From Oculina patagonica (lineage: Eukaryota): a DNA stretch of 64,000 bases. This document shows positions 10,393-23,800 of the stretch, one piece after another (the first letter of the stretch is position 1; the number at the start of each line of letters is the position of its first letter). The notes under the pieces were generated by a model, which had not been told where the DNA came from, searched no databases, and worked only from the letters and a program-made list of their open reading frames with translations. The stretch covers positions 17,298,001-17,362,000 of the forward strand of contig NC_135761.1 in NCBI RefSeq assembly GCF_052425735.1, written 5' to 3'. The position numbers were made by a program, and so were the translations under genes.

Positions 10393-10552
10393 CAGTCAAC
10401 TCTCGTTAAAGCGGACACGCTCGGGCCGTCGTTTAGTGTCCGTTATAGCGAGAGTCCGTAATAGCGGAGTCATTTCCAGTCAAACCTCTTTTGCCGGGGA
10501 TCTGGATTTGTCGTATAATAATAATATATATATATATTGATAGGGAAAAAGG

Positions 10553-10632
<80 letters not shown>

Positions 10633-10688
10633 TCCGTAATAGCGAGTGTCCGTAATACGCGGGGTGTCCGTAAGGCGAGAGTTGACTG
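10393..10688. mobile_element. Tc1/mariner-pogo-type MITE with TA TSD, containing an A78 tract
   Basis: TA|CAGTCAACTCTCG ... CGAGAGTTGACTG|TA; absent from the paralogous intron in copy 2. Confidence 0.85.
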
Positions 10689-10801
10689 TATCATGGATGG
10701 GGTTTTATTCATATGATGATCTACAACATCTTACATCGATCTTAAAATGCATTTTGGAGAGATTCACATTAGAACACAATGCTTCTACTTAGGAAACCAC
10801 T

Positions 10802-11165
10802 TACCGTATTTACGCGATTGAGCGCTGCGGCGCTCTTAAACTTTTAATGTGCCGGTTGCAACATTTATTCGGGGACGGCGCTTATTCTTAAGGGCGGCGA
10901 ACTACTTTGAACTTAGAGACATTGTAATCCAGGAAATAAAACTTCGCCAGTTAGTTAAAATTGAGTTGTACCGAACTTTTTTTCTTAGTTTGACTCCTTA
11001 AACAATTCAATCAGATGATGCTTCTATCACCCCCCAAATTATTTTGAATGAATGCGGCGTTTATTTGAGGGCGACGCCCTTAAATATTTTTGTTTTCATA
11101 TGCGACGCATAGGGGGGAGGAGGGAGTGCTTAATTGGGGCGGCGCTTTATCTTGTGAATACTGTA
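10802..11165. mobile_element. Old TACCGTATTT-type MITE, also present in copy 2 (about 33401-33788)
   Basis: TACCGTATTTAC start, degenerate GTGAATACTGTA end, GGCGCTTATT-type internal repeats. Confidence 0.55.
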
Positions 11166-11287
11166 TATAGTCACATAATTCTTGTCAACCAAGAGTTCCA
11201 GACGTCTTTTGGTTTTGTTAGAAGTAACCGTTAACAGTACTTCATGTAGCTCAACTCAGTCTGCAACCTTTTATTAATATTTTTCAG

Positions 11288-11354
11288 GTGGTACCGGCGC
11301 CAACTCGCCAAGCTTCGCAACAATTGCTTTGTTGACGATCGTGTGTTTCTGCAG
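11288..11354 (+). CDS. SEA-domain gene copy 1, GPI-signal-like exon
   Basis: TTTCAG|GT...GCAG|GTGAGA; encodes GGTGANSPSFATIALLTIVCFC(R). Confidence 0.75.
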
Positions 11355-11969
11355 GTGAGAAAACCTGCTATTAAAAAATAATGTTCATATTGTAGTGTTC
11401 CAGGAGTGTTTCGAATGGAATGGCAAAATGGTGAAGAATAAGGGAGTAAAATTAATACTGTAAGTATCAACTACACAATTGTGCACAACGCGGAATTTGG
11501 CTTTTTCTCTGGTTGCATGTATTTCAGTGTGCACCTATGTTATGTTAGGAGCAGAAGGAACGAAGTTTAGTTTGTTGTGAGGAATGTTGACTTTTTAATG
11601 AGATATGGAATCCTGGGTTGTTTTACCCCTGAGGAAGTAATGTAAATAAAACCTGATGGTCAATAAGGTCACCTTACAAAATTTCAGAAGATTTAAAGAA
11701 AACCTATCAGCGACATACTTACAAACTGTCGTAAATTTTGATTTTCATGGACTCCAAACCAGACAAGACTAGATGACCCTACCACCACATTCACCATCTC
11801 GGGCTCATCTGACGAAGATTCGTCGTCATATGGGGCTTACCACTATATGCAAATAGCACGCAGAGGACCATGATCGTCATAATCTTACTATTATAGACGC
11901 ATCATCATTAGATCACACCCATAGCCTCGCTTATCACCTTCATGTCACATCACAGGCCAAAAATTGACT

Positions 11970-12023
<54 letters not shown>
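11970..12023. repeat. (CAT)n microsatellite
   Basis: Perfect run; shorter and interrupted in copy 2 (about 38488-38520). Confidence 0.9.
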
Positions 12024-12024
<1 letters not shown>

Positions 12025-12251
12025 CTATGATCTCAAGCCAGGCCAAGACGGAGTTATGTGTCGATGCACACCAGCTAGGTCTGGGATTTTTACCAACTCA
12101 GGCCTAGCCGGCTAGGAATTGTTCATGGGCTTCTTAAAATAACACAGCGAGTGGTTCAACTTTGCTTGGTGGAGCTTTGCCTCTGACAACAACAGAAAAG
12201 CTAATGACCATCAAAACTAAATAAACTTCTTATTCTCTTTTTTTTCCCCAG

Positions 12252-12267
12252 AATGGCAGTCCACTAA
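12252..12267 (+). CDS. SEA-domain gene copy 1, terminal coding exon (R)MAVH-stop
   Basis: TTTTTCCCCAG|A ATG GCA GTC CAC TAA; the phase matches the previous exon; conserved at 38754-38769. Confidence 0.7.
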
Positions 12268-13070
12268 GTACCAAAAACAAAAGATTGAGTGATGGTGAAT
12301 CAAGTTAAGCTCATACAAGATTTCAGCTGATCTCGGCAGATGATTGTTGAGTGTACACAACTGGGATCTCAAATGCAGTAGAGATTACTTCGTTTATATA
12401 ACTCTATGTAACCTTCCTTATTTTTGACGATGCATATGAGTACTGACGTAGAGGATACAAAATATAATTCTCTACTTTAAGCTGTCGTGTGTGAACGATA
12501 TATACTTAAATAGATCAGGATCGCGAGATGTGTGTTCAAAAAAGAACGAGAGTGCACTGAAAGACGCTGACCTCTTAAAATTTCATGGGGGGCCCCCCCC
12601 TTACATCATAAGATGCTGCTATAAATGGCAGACAAAAAATGGTAGTCCACCACGACAATGTCAATGTCAATATCAAGTTACAAACAAGTGTGAACCCGTT
12701 TATTCTGAGGTCTAGCCAGACATGTAAACCCTCTCAATTTTGTTTCTGCTAGCATAAAGATAATCAGCTGTAAAGCGTGTGTGCGTGAGAAATAAATCTG
12801 AGAGAATCTTGAAATGTGAAGCAGTTTTAAATCTCGCTAGTTCTTTCTCTTGTAAGCCCCATGAGACGTGAATGCCTCAAAACAACGGCTACACAAAAGA
12901 ACGAGATGAAAATTCGCCAAGAAAAACGTATTACAAAAAATGACATTATTGTTGTACCTCGTGTAGCCAACCGACAAAATATTTGTTATCATTCAGATCT
13001 TACCCTCAAAGTGACGGTTTTCTTTGGTCTGCAGTTTTGTTATTTATAAATGGCCGACGTGCTATGATAT

Positions 13071-13103
<33 letters not shown>

Positions 13104-13899
13104 ACACATTTCCAATCTGATCTTTTTCATTATAACCATTCTATTTATCTCCTGCAATTCTGCTTTCATACATGACTAGTATTTTTACATCATGCAGTAA
13201 TTTCACAATGTTTCACAATGTCAGTAGAGTATCAATATCAATATAAATATATACTAAGATTCTCGAATTTGATTGGTCAACGGGCTTAGTTTTGCATGGG
13301 TAATAGAAAAGTGCGCGAAGTCTAAAAATTGATTGCACATTTTTTTCTTACATATTTTTACAGCATTCTCACTACTTCCTGATTCAAATTTGAAGCTGAA
13401 CGAACAAAGCTTTTTAAATTTTTAAATACCTCACCTTGTATTTACAATATATCGGGTAGTATGGTGTCTTCCACTGTGTGTGAAATATAATTTCGTTAGG
13501 ATTGTAGGAGTTGTTAATCAGAAAGTAATTTAACTGCGTAAGGTAATTCATTTTTCATTTAATTGTTTTTGCATTGACCCGAGACGGTAGCTAGACAATT
13601 GAAAGAATTAAAGTGTAGCCCAAGGCATATAGCGGTGTTTGCAAGTCGTTTCTATGGTTTTTCGGACATGATTGACAAAATTGAAGGGAAGTTGAACCAT
13701 CTCAACCATCACTTCGCATCCTAAAGCGTTCGTGAGTGGAAACAGAAACTTTTTCCTCCTCAAAACCTTTGGTATATTTTACCTCAAAAAGGCATAAGCA
13801 GTTTGCAGTTTTCATTTTCTTGCTATCTTGACGTCAAATTCCCTCGGGTGAATTCTGTCTGAAAGTCTATTTGAAAACGTTAACAGAGTAGCGAAAACA

Positions 13900-13966
13900 A
13901 TGACAAAACTTGTAGCTAATTTTGTCGCGACGTTCATGATCCTTCAAGGAATGCTCTTCTTATATG
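13900..13966 (+). CDS. Signal-peptide exon of the SEA-domain gene copy 2
   Basis: AAAACA ATG; encodes MTKLVANFVATFMILQGMLFLY, then G|GTAAGT. The phase-1 junction joins 28013 to give ...LFLYVYA-VGSGEGSG. Confidence 0.7.
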
Positions 13967-14690
13967 GTAAGTGATGGCAAAACTCTTTGGTAAGTTGTTT
14001 ATTTACTTGTTTTTTCAGGTAGCTATCGGTAAAAATTCGTGTTGCAACAAAGAGAAAATCAGTACAGGATGAACATTAGCAAGTAAGAGACTTCGACGAA
14101 AGAACGATTGAAAAAAATGTTAATCGAGGTCGTTCCACTAAATGAACACGCAGACCGTGACAGCTGGTGAAAACAAAACGTTATTTTCAAGTTGCTTTTT
14201 CTTTACAAGTTCGCGCATGATACTCACTGCGACATTCTTTCTAAAGACACGTGTGGGCTTTGTGTTTCTTTGGTCTGCAGTTTTTTTCCGACGCGCTATG
14301 ATATCCCGCTAACTCAACATTTTAAACAGGAGTTATCAATATTGTGTTAGTTATAGCATACATACATACATACTTTATTTGAAAACAAAGGTCTATAAAG
14401 ATGGCAGCCTAGGGCTGATGTGGACCTTTAAAACTTAATTACAGATAAAAAAAATAGAAAATAACTTATACAGTTCTTTATATTCTTTAAAATTTCATGA
14501 CATTACTGAAATATACATAGCAAATAAACATAACATGATTATTAATAGCGGCTCAAAACACTTCGCGTGTCTGTTTAACACTAGAAGGGAACCGTGTGAT
14601 CGGATCAGTTATTTCAAGCACACGTTCATGATCTAATCCGGCAATACCGTTACTTAAACTCGAGGATACCTGATACCTAAATACCGAATA

Positions 14691-15255
14691 AGGACTCGAG
14701 CCAGGATTTGAGCTTAGACTCGAGCCAGGACTCGAGCCAGGATTCGAGCCAGGACTCGGGCTAAGGAGTCGAGCCAGGACTCGAGTTAGGACTCGAGCCA
14801 GGACTCGAGTTAGAACTCGAGCCAGGAGTCGAGCCAGGATTTGAGCTTAGACTCGAGCCAGGACTCGAGCCAGGATTCGAGCCAGGATTCAAGCCAGGAC
14901 CGGGCTAAGGACGAGCCAGGACTGCTAAGGAGTCGAGTCAGGACTCGAGTTAGGACTCGAGCCAGGAATCGAGTTAGAACTCAAGCCAGGACTAGAGTTA
15001 GGACTCGAGCAAGGATTTGAGCCAGGACTCGAGCCAGGATTCGAGCAAGGACTCGAGCCAGGACTCGAGTTAGGACTCGAGACAGGACTCGAGCCAAGAC
15101 TCGAGCCAGGATTTGAGCCGGGACTCGGGCTAAGGACTCGAGCTAGGACTCGAGTTAAGACTCGAACAAGGATTCGAGCCAGGACTCGAGCCAAGACTCG
15201 AGCTAAGGATTCGAGCCAGGACTCAAGGTAGGATTTGAGCCAGGACTCGAGGCAG
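14691..15255. repeat. 12-bp minisatellite (AGGACTCGAGCC)n
   Basis: Several dozen variant units are visible. Confidence 0.92.
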
Positions 15256-15289
15256 GGTTTTAAAAGCGCATCGGTTAGCCTCCGTGAAA

Positions 15290-15480
15290 GGACCGGTTGG
15301 CTTTCACCTCAGTTTGTGTGTAATTAGCTTTCACTCTGGTTTGCTTGCGGTAAGCTTTTCATACCAGTTTGCCTGCGGTTAGCTTTCACTTCGGTTTGCT
15401 GCCGTTTAGCGTTTTCTCTGGTTTGCAAGCGTTTAGCTTTCACTTTAGTTTGCTTGCGGTTAGCTTTTATTGGTTGGTTT
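15290..15480. repeat. Degenerate ~25-bp tandem repeat (GGTTTGC..GCGGTTAGCTTTCACT)
   Basis: Repeated GGTTTG/TTAGCTTT units. Confidence 0.65.
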
Positions 15481-15535
15481 AAACAGTATTTACCAAAAGA
15501 AAAAAATTATGTGAATATCAGAGCAACAAGGACTT

Positions 15536-15537
<2 letters not shown>

Positions 15538-15568
<31 letters not shown>

Positions 15569-15593
15569 GTAATAATAATAATAATAATAATAA
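15538..15593. repeat. (AAT)n microsatellite
   Basis: Visible run. Confidence 0.9.
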
Positions 15594-16329
15594 TGATTTA
15601 TTTAGCGCTATTCAGCTAATCTACCATAGTGCTTTGCAATCATTATGCTCAAATCTAAAATGAAATCTAAAGATTCCTAACTAAATTAAAGTTGACAGTT
15701 GTTATGTAGTCATTAATTAATGAGATAGAGAAGTTCTCATGTCACATTTCCAATCTGATCTTTTTTTATTATAGCCAGTCTATATATCAAGTACAATTCT
15801 ACTTTCGCACAGGACTAATATTTTTACAGCATGCAGTAGTTTCACAATGTTTCACAATATCAAAAGAGTAACAATATCAATAGCAGTATATTACAAGATT
15901 CTCGAATTTGATTGGTCAACAGGCTTTATGCGCTATTATTAGCAAAGCGCGCGAGGTCTAAAAATATATTGGGTATTTTTGGACTCACCGCGAGACTCAG
16001 ACAACATTAGCGTGATATGTGAGAAAAAGAGGGAATGTAGGCGAAGTATTGTATAAAAAAGGTCTTTTAGCCGCTCCATTTCGATCAATAAGAAGAAAGC
16101 TCAGATCGTCCGCCATTCTGGTTTTCATGACTGAATCTTGTCCGAGTCGTGACGTCACTCGCGTGCTTGGCTAATACATAATTAGAAAGTATGAATAATG
16201 ACGGGTGCAACTGAATGGGTTCCCTTTCACAATATCACTCAACTAAATGTTACAGAAACGGGGAATGGGGCTTACGGGACTATGTCACGGTTGAGTAGTT
16301 AAGTTTATTTTAATAAATTTTGCAAAGTA

Positions 16330-16505
16330 CAGTGGAACCCCGATATAACGATATGCCAAGGGGGCAGTAAAATTATATCGTTATATCGAGGAATCGTTAT
16401 ATCGGGGTTCCGTCCCATACATTTTACTATTGCCGGGACATAACATATTTATCGTTATATCGGGAATATCGTTATATCGAAGATCGTTATATCGGGGTTC
16501 CACTG
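16330..16505. mobile_element. Tc1/mariner-pogo-type MITE with TA TSD
   Basis: TA|CAGTGGAACCCCGATATAACGA ... TCGTTATATCGGGGTTCCACTG|TA. Confidence 0.9.
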
Positions 16506-16523
16506 TACTCAGTATGAAACTTA

Positions 16524-17402
16524 GGGCCTGTTTACATGGAGGTGGGGGACCCCGGGTAGGTGAGGTAACCCGCCTAGGTGGGGTAACCCGCCTGTCCATA
16601 TAAACTCTCATTTTTTTTTCGATCGCGTTTACATGATAGGTGGGGTAACCCGCCTAGGCGGGTTGCCCGGTCTGCTGGGTAGGGTAACCCTCCCAGCCGG
16701 GGTCGTGTTTTGCCATGTAAACGTTTCAAGGTGGGGTAACCCGCCTACCCGGGGTCGACTCATGATTAATCTGAAAGTTCGCCAAATGCAAACTACACAA
16801 GCCTATGGCTACCTACGGCTTCAGCTACGGCTACAAACCCGGCGAGTTTTTCCTATAGTTTCATCTGCCCGTGAAACGACAGTGCGAAAGATGCTTGAAG
16901 AATTAAAAGTGAAAGTGAAGCATCAAGCGTAGGCCCGAGCGAGTATCGCGCTTCGACTATAAACAACAATGACTTCGACAAATGCTTCGACTGATACTTT
17001 GCCTAATCAAGTAGTTAGTCGAAACCACAAGATGAGAGAAATCCAACGTAAATACTGTATATAAAAATTACAAAATGAAATGCGATAGGCGACTTCAATG
17101 AAATTTATTTTGAGACCGAACTGGCTTGCACTTCACGAAAATATGTCATTGTATGGCCTTCGATTTTCACAGAAACGAATTTGGCTCCGAAGTTCAGTAA
17201 CTGAGTCTAGGAAACCAATGAAAGGAACGAGAGAAAGAAATAAACGGAGCAATTTTGTCTGTTTACGTGCTAACCTCGTGAAAAGGTCACCCCCGGGACC
17301 CCGGGGTGATAAGATTGCATGTAAACGCGAGCTAATTTTCGACCACGGCTGGGCGGGTTACCTCACCTACCCGTGGTCCCCCACCTCCATGTAAACAGGC
17401 CC
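16524..17402. mobile_element. PIF/Harbinger-type non-autonomous element with TTA TSD
   Basis: TTA|GGGCCTGTTTACATGGAGGTGGGG ... CCCCACCTCCATGTAAACAGGCCC|TTA; internal GGGGTAACCCGCCTA repeats. Confidence 0.9.
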
Positions 17403-19402
17403 TTAATGTTTGCAACGAAATGACTTCTATGGATCGACAAAACCATAGCTTCGTTGCAACCAAATGTGTTTCCTGGGCGATATAATCTCGAGATACAAGC
17501 AAACAGGATTAACTTTGAAAACTGTTCAGCCCAATAGTATTTCAAAATGCATATATATCACAATCCGTTTCGATCTTTTTCACTTGCTTTTGGCCAGCAG
17601 TACCTTCTTTTGTATTTGCTGTGTTATTGAAATGTTCCTTCACTGTTTTAAGCGGTTATTTTCATATTTTACAAAACTTTTTGGACACTTCCACTGCCTA
17701 AATTGTGCTTAAGTCCGTGACGCAGTCCCTTAAAAAATCATTCTTTTTTTCTCAAATCCAGTAATCTATAGTCATAACCGTGACAAGAAAGCGTTTCGAA
17801 CTTTCGCTATACATAGGCGTCCTGTTAATTTTTCACTTATATGATCAGAACGATTTGGACTTCACTCCTGGCCTATTTCTGTTGACGTAGCGGTTTGGAC
17901 CTGTCGAAACATTCACCGGTTTCGCAATCCAGTACTCGCTTAAGTCAAACGTTTGAATAACACAAAAATATATATTTCACGCCTAACAAAAATCAGGGTT
18001 TTAGATAAAATTTTAAATAGAAGAGTGATTTAATAGACGGGTTTAATAGCTCATGTTATTTAGGGTCGAGACAGTCTTCCTTTTTAGTCTCCAATTTCCA
18101 TGGTCGAGACAGGCTCCTTTTTACCTCATGGTAATGAGGTTTAGTTACCATTCTCGAAATCGCGTGTAAACCGCAATTAATTAATACATTAAACGATATA
18201 CGTGCTGACAGAAAGGTTCTTTAAAACGTCATTCAGCACATGTCAATCAAAAACAAATTATTCTCCAACCTCGTTCTCAGGGTCTCTCTCTTCCAGGGAA
18301 TGAGGTTTATTTTTCACAAAACAAATCGAAAGAGGATCAGTTTCACTTATCTTCTGGTGAGAAAAGAGAATAGAATTCGCTCTACAAAGCCTCAGAGCAC
18401 AAGTTTTCCATTACCTATTCACGTAAGAAAACATTCAAAGGCAAATAAAGTGAGACTGTGACATTACTGATAGCAATTATACGCTACATGCAGTTAAGTT
18501 TGCCATGTGAAGTGTCTTAGTAAACACGACATTCATGCAGCACGTTTTTGTTTCGATTAGCGTCACGTCATCTCGAGTCATTTGTTTTTTATCTTTTTGA
18601 GTTGAGCAGAAACGCGCATCTTTTTTCTCAAATTTCATCCGCTGCTCAAAAATAAAATAACGCTATGTAAGTGCTGGCAGAAAGGTAAACATATTCACAA
18701 AACAAATTTACTTAAAGGTTACACTAAAATATTTTTGGGGTGGAAAAAAAGAATTACTGATAGCAGCCATAAGCTACACGCAGTTACGCTTGCACGTCAT
18801 CCGTTTTCCATCTCTTTGAGTCGAGCAGTGCTGCAGCTCGGGCGCATCTTTCTCTCAAATTTTATCCGCTGCTCAAAAATATCGCTATATACGTACTGAC
18901 AGAAAAGTAAACATATTCACAAAACAAATTTACTAAATGCTAAAAAGAATCAAAGGTTACACTTAAATATTTTGGTTGTGAAAAAACAGAATTCGAGCTA
19001 CGCAGCCTGAGAGCACGAACCATCAATGAACTCCCATAAAAAAAAAAAAAAAAAACATTCAAAGGAAAATAAAGTGAGGTTGCGTTACATTATTGGACGG
19101 GTATTTGGAAAAAATGCAAAGGTCGGCACTTCACCGAATTACAATGAGGTTGCTCGAAGAGCCTTTGATTTAATTTCCATGCTGCTTACACGGTAGAGTC
19201 AGGCTCTCTTTTTTCGACGTTTTTGCTTGTTTACAAGCTAAAATGGTAGAATAGGGGTTAGTAGACAAAATTTGGAACCACATATTTGTAAACTCTCAAG
19301 GGACTTTTTTAATTTCTCAAGGGACTGTTTTAATTTCTCAAGGGATTACTTTCCGCTGTGGGTGATCACTTGCGATTTCGTGGAAAAAACGTGACTTGTC
19401 AC

Positions 19403-19856
19403 TGTAAGCAATAAATCGTTCAGTTCAGAGTCTTGTTCCATTTAACGCTTACTTTATTGAATAGATCGAGGTAATTTGAACGCATCAGACAATAGAAACA
19501 ATTATTGATGAATATGGTTCGACTGAAAAGCAATAGATTACAACAATATAAGAAACTAATAAACGATTTGAAAAAACACTGAAAGAACAAAACTTACAAA
19601 TATTCCTCTGATCCGGTGGAGCGAAGACAAATCAGGACAAAAAACGTGAATAGAAAGAACGTAATCGTAGAAAGATCAAAACACGAGGTGATTGTGTAAT
19701 AAACTTAGAATAATGTAAACTGATCTTGATAGCAATCACATGATAAACAAAGTAACGCAATGTCACGCGTGTAGATCACGAGGTTGATAGCTGCTCACGC
19801 GTGTGAACAATGTAAAAATAATACTAAAGAACAAAACGAGACGTTTGAATCTAACA
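19403..19856 (-). repeat. BEL/Pao 3' LTR
   Basis: Direct repeat of 26392-26845. Confidence 0.95.
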
Positions 19857-20012
19857 TACCGGCCCCTAAATGCGACATTAAAGCATTTAAACTAAGCTAA
19901 GTGATTCAAACGGTAAAGACTATTAAGTAATTGTTCTCAAATCAGCACTGTCAATCAAGTCAATCAGGAATAACTGTTCATTTGACATCACAGGTTGACT
20001 CTTCCGTTGAGT

Positions 20013-20892
20013 TTAACTGCTCTCGTGGAGCCTAGGTGCCTCTAGAAGAACTATCTTGTCGATGGGACGTTCCAGGACTGCAGTCTTGGTTTTCAGCGAG
20101 ACTCTCCTTACTAGCCCATCTCTCTTGTTTGGCTTCACCTCCGTGATACGTCCGAGAGGCCACGAGTTTCTTGGGGAGTTTTCGTCTACCACGAGTACGA
20201 CGTCTCCAACTTCGAAGTTGCTCGTCGATCGCGGCCACTTCTGTCTTTCTTGCAGACAAGGAAGATACTCCCTTAGCCACCTTCGCCAAAACACGTCCGA
20301 CAGATACTGGACTTGTCGCCACCTCCGACGGGAATAAAGATCTCCCTTTCTGAAGACACCAGGAGGCATTTCGGGGCCTGACCGCAGTAAAAGAAGGTGA
20401 TTTGGCGTCAAGGCTTCGGGGTCTCTTGGATCGTCAGATACCTTTGTTAGGGGCCTACCATTGACAATGGCTTCCACCTCACACATGAGAGTCGAGAGAC
20501 CTTCGTCATCAAGGACTTGTTCTTTTAGAAGAGCATTCATCACCTTTCGAATGGTGCGAATGCAGCGTTCCCACACGCCACCATGATGAGAGCCTGCAGG
20601 GGGGTTGAAGATCCACTGAACGTTTCTCTGCAGGAGAGACTCTGAAATTACATCCTGGTTCCACCCTTCAATGGCACTCCTCAGCTCCTTCTCGCCGCAC
20701 ACGAAGTTTCCTCCATTATCCGATCTCACCACTTCTGGTTTCCCCCTTCTGCAAACGAAACGACTCATGCTGTGTAGGAAGGAGTCTGTGTCCAGACTGT
20801 GGACCACCTCGATGTGGATCGCGCGCACTGTTAAGCAGGTGAACACCACGCCATATCTCTTGACTTGGCTTCTCCCACGACGAACCAAAAAA
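20013..20892 (-). CDS. BEL/Pao integrase core and C-terminus (frameshifted continuation)
   Basis: FTCLTVRAIHIE, RSDNGGNF, HHGGVWER, NGRPLT, LTPNHLL, RWRQVQ...FWRRW, WPLGRI. Confidence 0.92.
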
Positions 20893-23800
20893 GGGCCCAA
20901 AACAGTCGACCCCGACGTAGGTGAATGGGGGCTTGTCAGGAGTGATCCTGTCTTGCGGCAGGTTTGCCATCTTTTGCTCTCCAACTGGCGCTTGTCTCTT
21001 TCTGCAATTGAAGCAGCTGTTGAGGGACTTTCTCACTGCAGCTCTTGCCTTTATGATCCAAAATCTTTCTCTGATCATAGAGAGCACGTGTTCTGTGCCA
21101 GAGTGCCCGGAAGCGTGGTGGTAGAAGCTGATAATCAGACCAACAACGTGATGTGAAGTCGGCAGAATTATGGGATGTTTCGCGTCCGGTCGAAGGGGGG
21201 CGTTTTCAAGTCGTCCACCCACACGAAGCAGACCGTCCATCAACCGTGGGTCAAGCTTGGAGATTTTACTTGACTTCTTGACTTGAATCTTCTTTGTAGT
21301 AGCGGCGCATCCATTTATAACATCGGCCCTTGAATTCTTTAGGATGGCGATCTCTTCCTTGAAACTCTCTTTCTGTACATGGACCAGTATTTCCCTTTCG
21401 GCCTTGTCCAGTTCCTCCACGGTTATTGGTTCTATCCTTGTCACCTGGCTGCGGGGGATGAATCCTGATTTGCGTTGTGAAGCCGCCTTTCGCAGGTTTG
21501 CTCGGTAACGAAGAATCCACGCCACAAACTTCTTTAAACGGTACCACTGGGAAAAGCGTCCGAAGAGTTGGTTGAGTGTAATCTTCTCTGTTTCAGTTTT
21601 GGTAGAAAACACTTGAGATTCTCTCTTGACCTCTGGGTCGTTTTCAGCGACTGTAGAGGTTTTGAACTGCTGGTTTGGCCAGTCTTCCTCTGATTTCCAA
21701 AGGAAATCCGGTCCGGTTAACCAACGCTTGTTGTTCAGCAAGGCTTCGGCTGAGAGACCACGCGAGGCGTCGTCTGCCGGGTTTTCCTTTGTGCCGACGT
21801 GTCTCCACTGGTAAGGGGAGCTGACTTCTTGTATCGCAGCTATACGATTCGCGACGAAGGTATGAAACCGTTTGTCTTCATTTGCGATGTACCCCAAAAC
21901 ACAGGTGCTATCTGTCCAAAAGATGGACTGATCAACTGGAATGCCAATTTCCTTTCTGAGCATTTTATCCAATCGCGTGGCTACTACAGCTGCTGAGAGC
22001 TCCAGGCGTGGGATTGTCAACTGCTTTAGTGGGGATAGCCGCGATTTGCCAATGAGGAAGGAACAATGGACATCACCCTTAGTGTTGATGACGCGGAGAT
22101 AGGTGACAGCACCATATGCATGCTGGGAAGCATCTGCGAAATGGTGAAGCTGACTGGAAGCTACTTCTCCAAAGTCGGTTGGTTTGAAACAGCGGTCAAC
22201 CTTGAGGTTTTCGAGACTGGGAAGTTCATCAAGCCAGTTCCTCCAGCGAACGAGGTCCTCATCTGAAATAGGGTCGTCCCAGCCCAGGTTCTTGCGACAT
22301 AAGTCCTGCAGCAATGCCTTTGCCGGCAGGGTGAATGGAGCTGCAAACCCTAACGGGTCGTAGACAGAGCTGACCACAGACAAAATGCCTCGTCTTGTAG
22401 GGGGCCTGTCCTTCACGCTTATCTTGAAGCCAAAGGTGTCAGACTCCACATCCCACCTGACTCCCAGGGCTCGCTCGATTGGTAGTTGATCGAGGAGAAG
22501 ATCTGTCACGGATGCTGCCCTTTCCGATGTCGGGATAGAATCGATGACCTTCCGTGAATTGGAGATCCATTTTGTCAAGCGGAATCCTCCTTTAGAGAGC
22601 AGTTGACGGAGCTCGTCCACAAGCACGATGGCCTTGTTCTCAGATGAGACTGACTTGAGACAGTCGTCGACGTAGAAATTGTCTTTGACGCTGTTGACTG
22701 CCTCCTTGCTGAATGCTTGCTGATTATCCTCAGCAGTTCGCCTGAGACCAAAGTTAGCACAACTTGGTGATGATGTGGCGCCGAAGAGATGCACCATCAT
22801 CTGATACTCCTCTGGCTCACTGTTCAAATCATTGTTCGGCCACCAGAGAAATCGTAGGGCATCGCAATCGTCAGGACTGACGTGTACTTGGTGAAACATC
22901 GACTCTACATCGGCCATGAGAGCAACAGGTTCCTGCCGAAAGCGTGTCAGGACACCAACCAAGTTGTTAGTTAAGTCAGGTCCCTGAAGAAGTTGATCAT
23001 TCAGTGATGTTCCCTGGTGTTTCGCTGCACAATCAAACACCACGCGGACCTTGTCTGGTTTGTTCGGATTGAGGACAGGATGGTGAGGCAGATACCATAC
23101 TGCGCCGACAGGATGTGTCAGCCGGTCCTGGGGCACCTTGCGGGCGTGGCCGTTCTTCACCAGATCTTCCATGAACGAAGAATACTTTAAAAGGAGCTCT
23201 TGGTTTTTCAGCAGTCTTCTTCGTAACAACTTCAAGCGGTGCTCTGCCAACGGTCGGTTGTCCGGAAGGTTAGGTGGGACGTTTCTCCAAGGTAATGCTA
23301 TTTCGTAGTGACCCTCTTTGAGTTTGACGGACTGTTCCATAATACTCACTGCGCGCAAGTCTTCCTTTGACATTCCTGGGTCTTTATCGTAGACTGAGTC
23401 GCTGAATTCCAAGTTGCAGAACCTTGCAAACTGTTGACTGAGTTCGTTGTCGGCTCTGATGAAGTTCGCTGTGCGAGCTGAATTACCTTTCCGTTCTAAA
23501 GGACCGTTGATTGTCCACCCGAACATGGTTCTAACTGCATAAGGGCCTTGACCGTTGCACTCTCTTATTTCTTTAGGTTCTAGAGCTTTAGGAACGTCGT
23601 TGCCAATGAGCAAGCCAATGCAGGCGTCAATTTTTGGTAGCTCGATACCATTGAGGTGGGGGTACTTGCTCACATCCTCTTGCTGTGGGATGCTGTCTTT
23701 ACTAACCGGTAGTTTTGGGGTGGAGAAGACAGATGGAAGCTCAACAAAACTGTGCTCATCCAAGTCGAACACCTCCAACTTGAAGACACTGCATTCAGTA

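Noticed and set aside
14925-15194. SSPG-repeat ORF, or a CRISPR-like array
   Set aside because: Translation of a 12-bp minisatellite; no unique spacers, no cas genes, and a eukaryotic context.
18240-19100. Local imperfect duplications in intron 1
   Set aside because: Degenerate non-coding duplications with no termini or coding signal.
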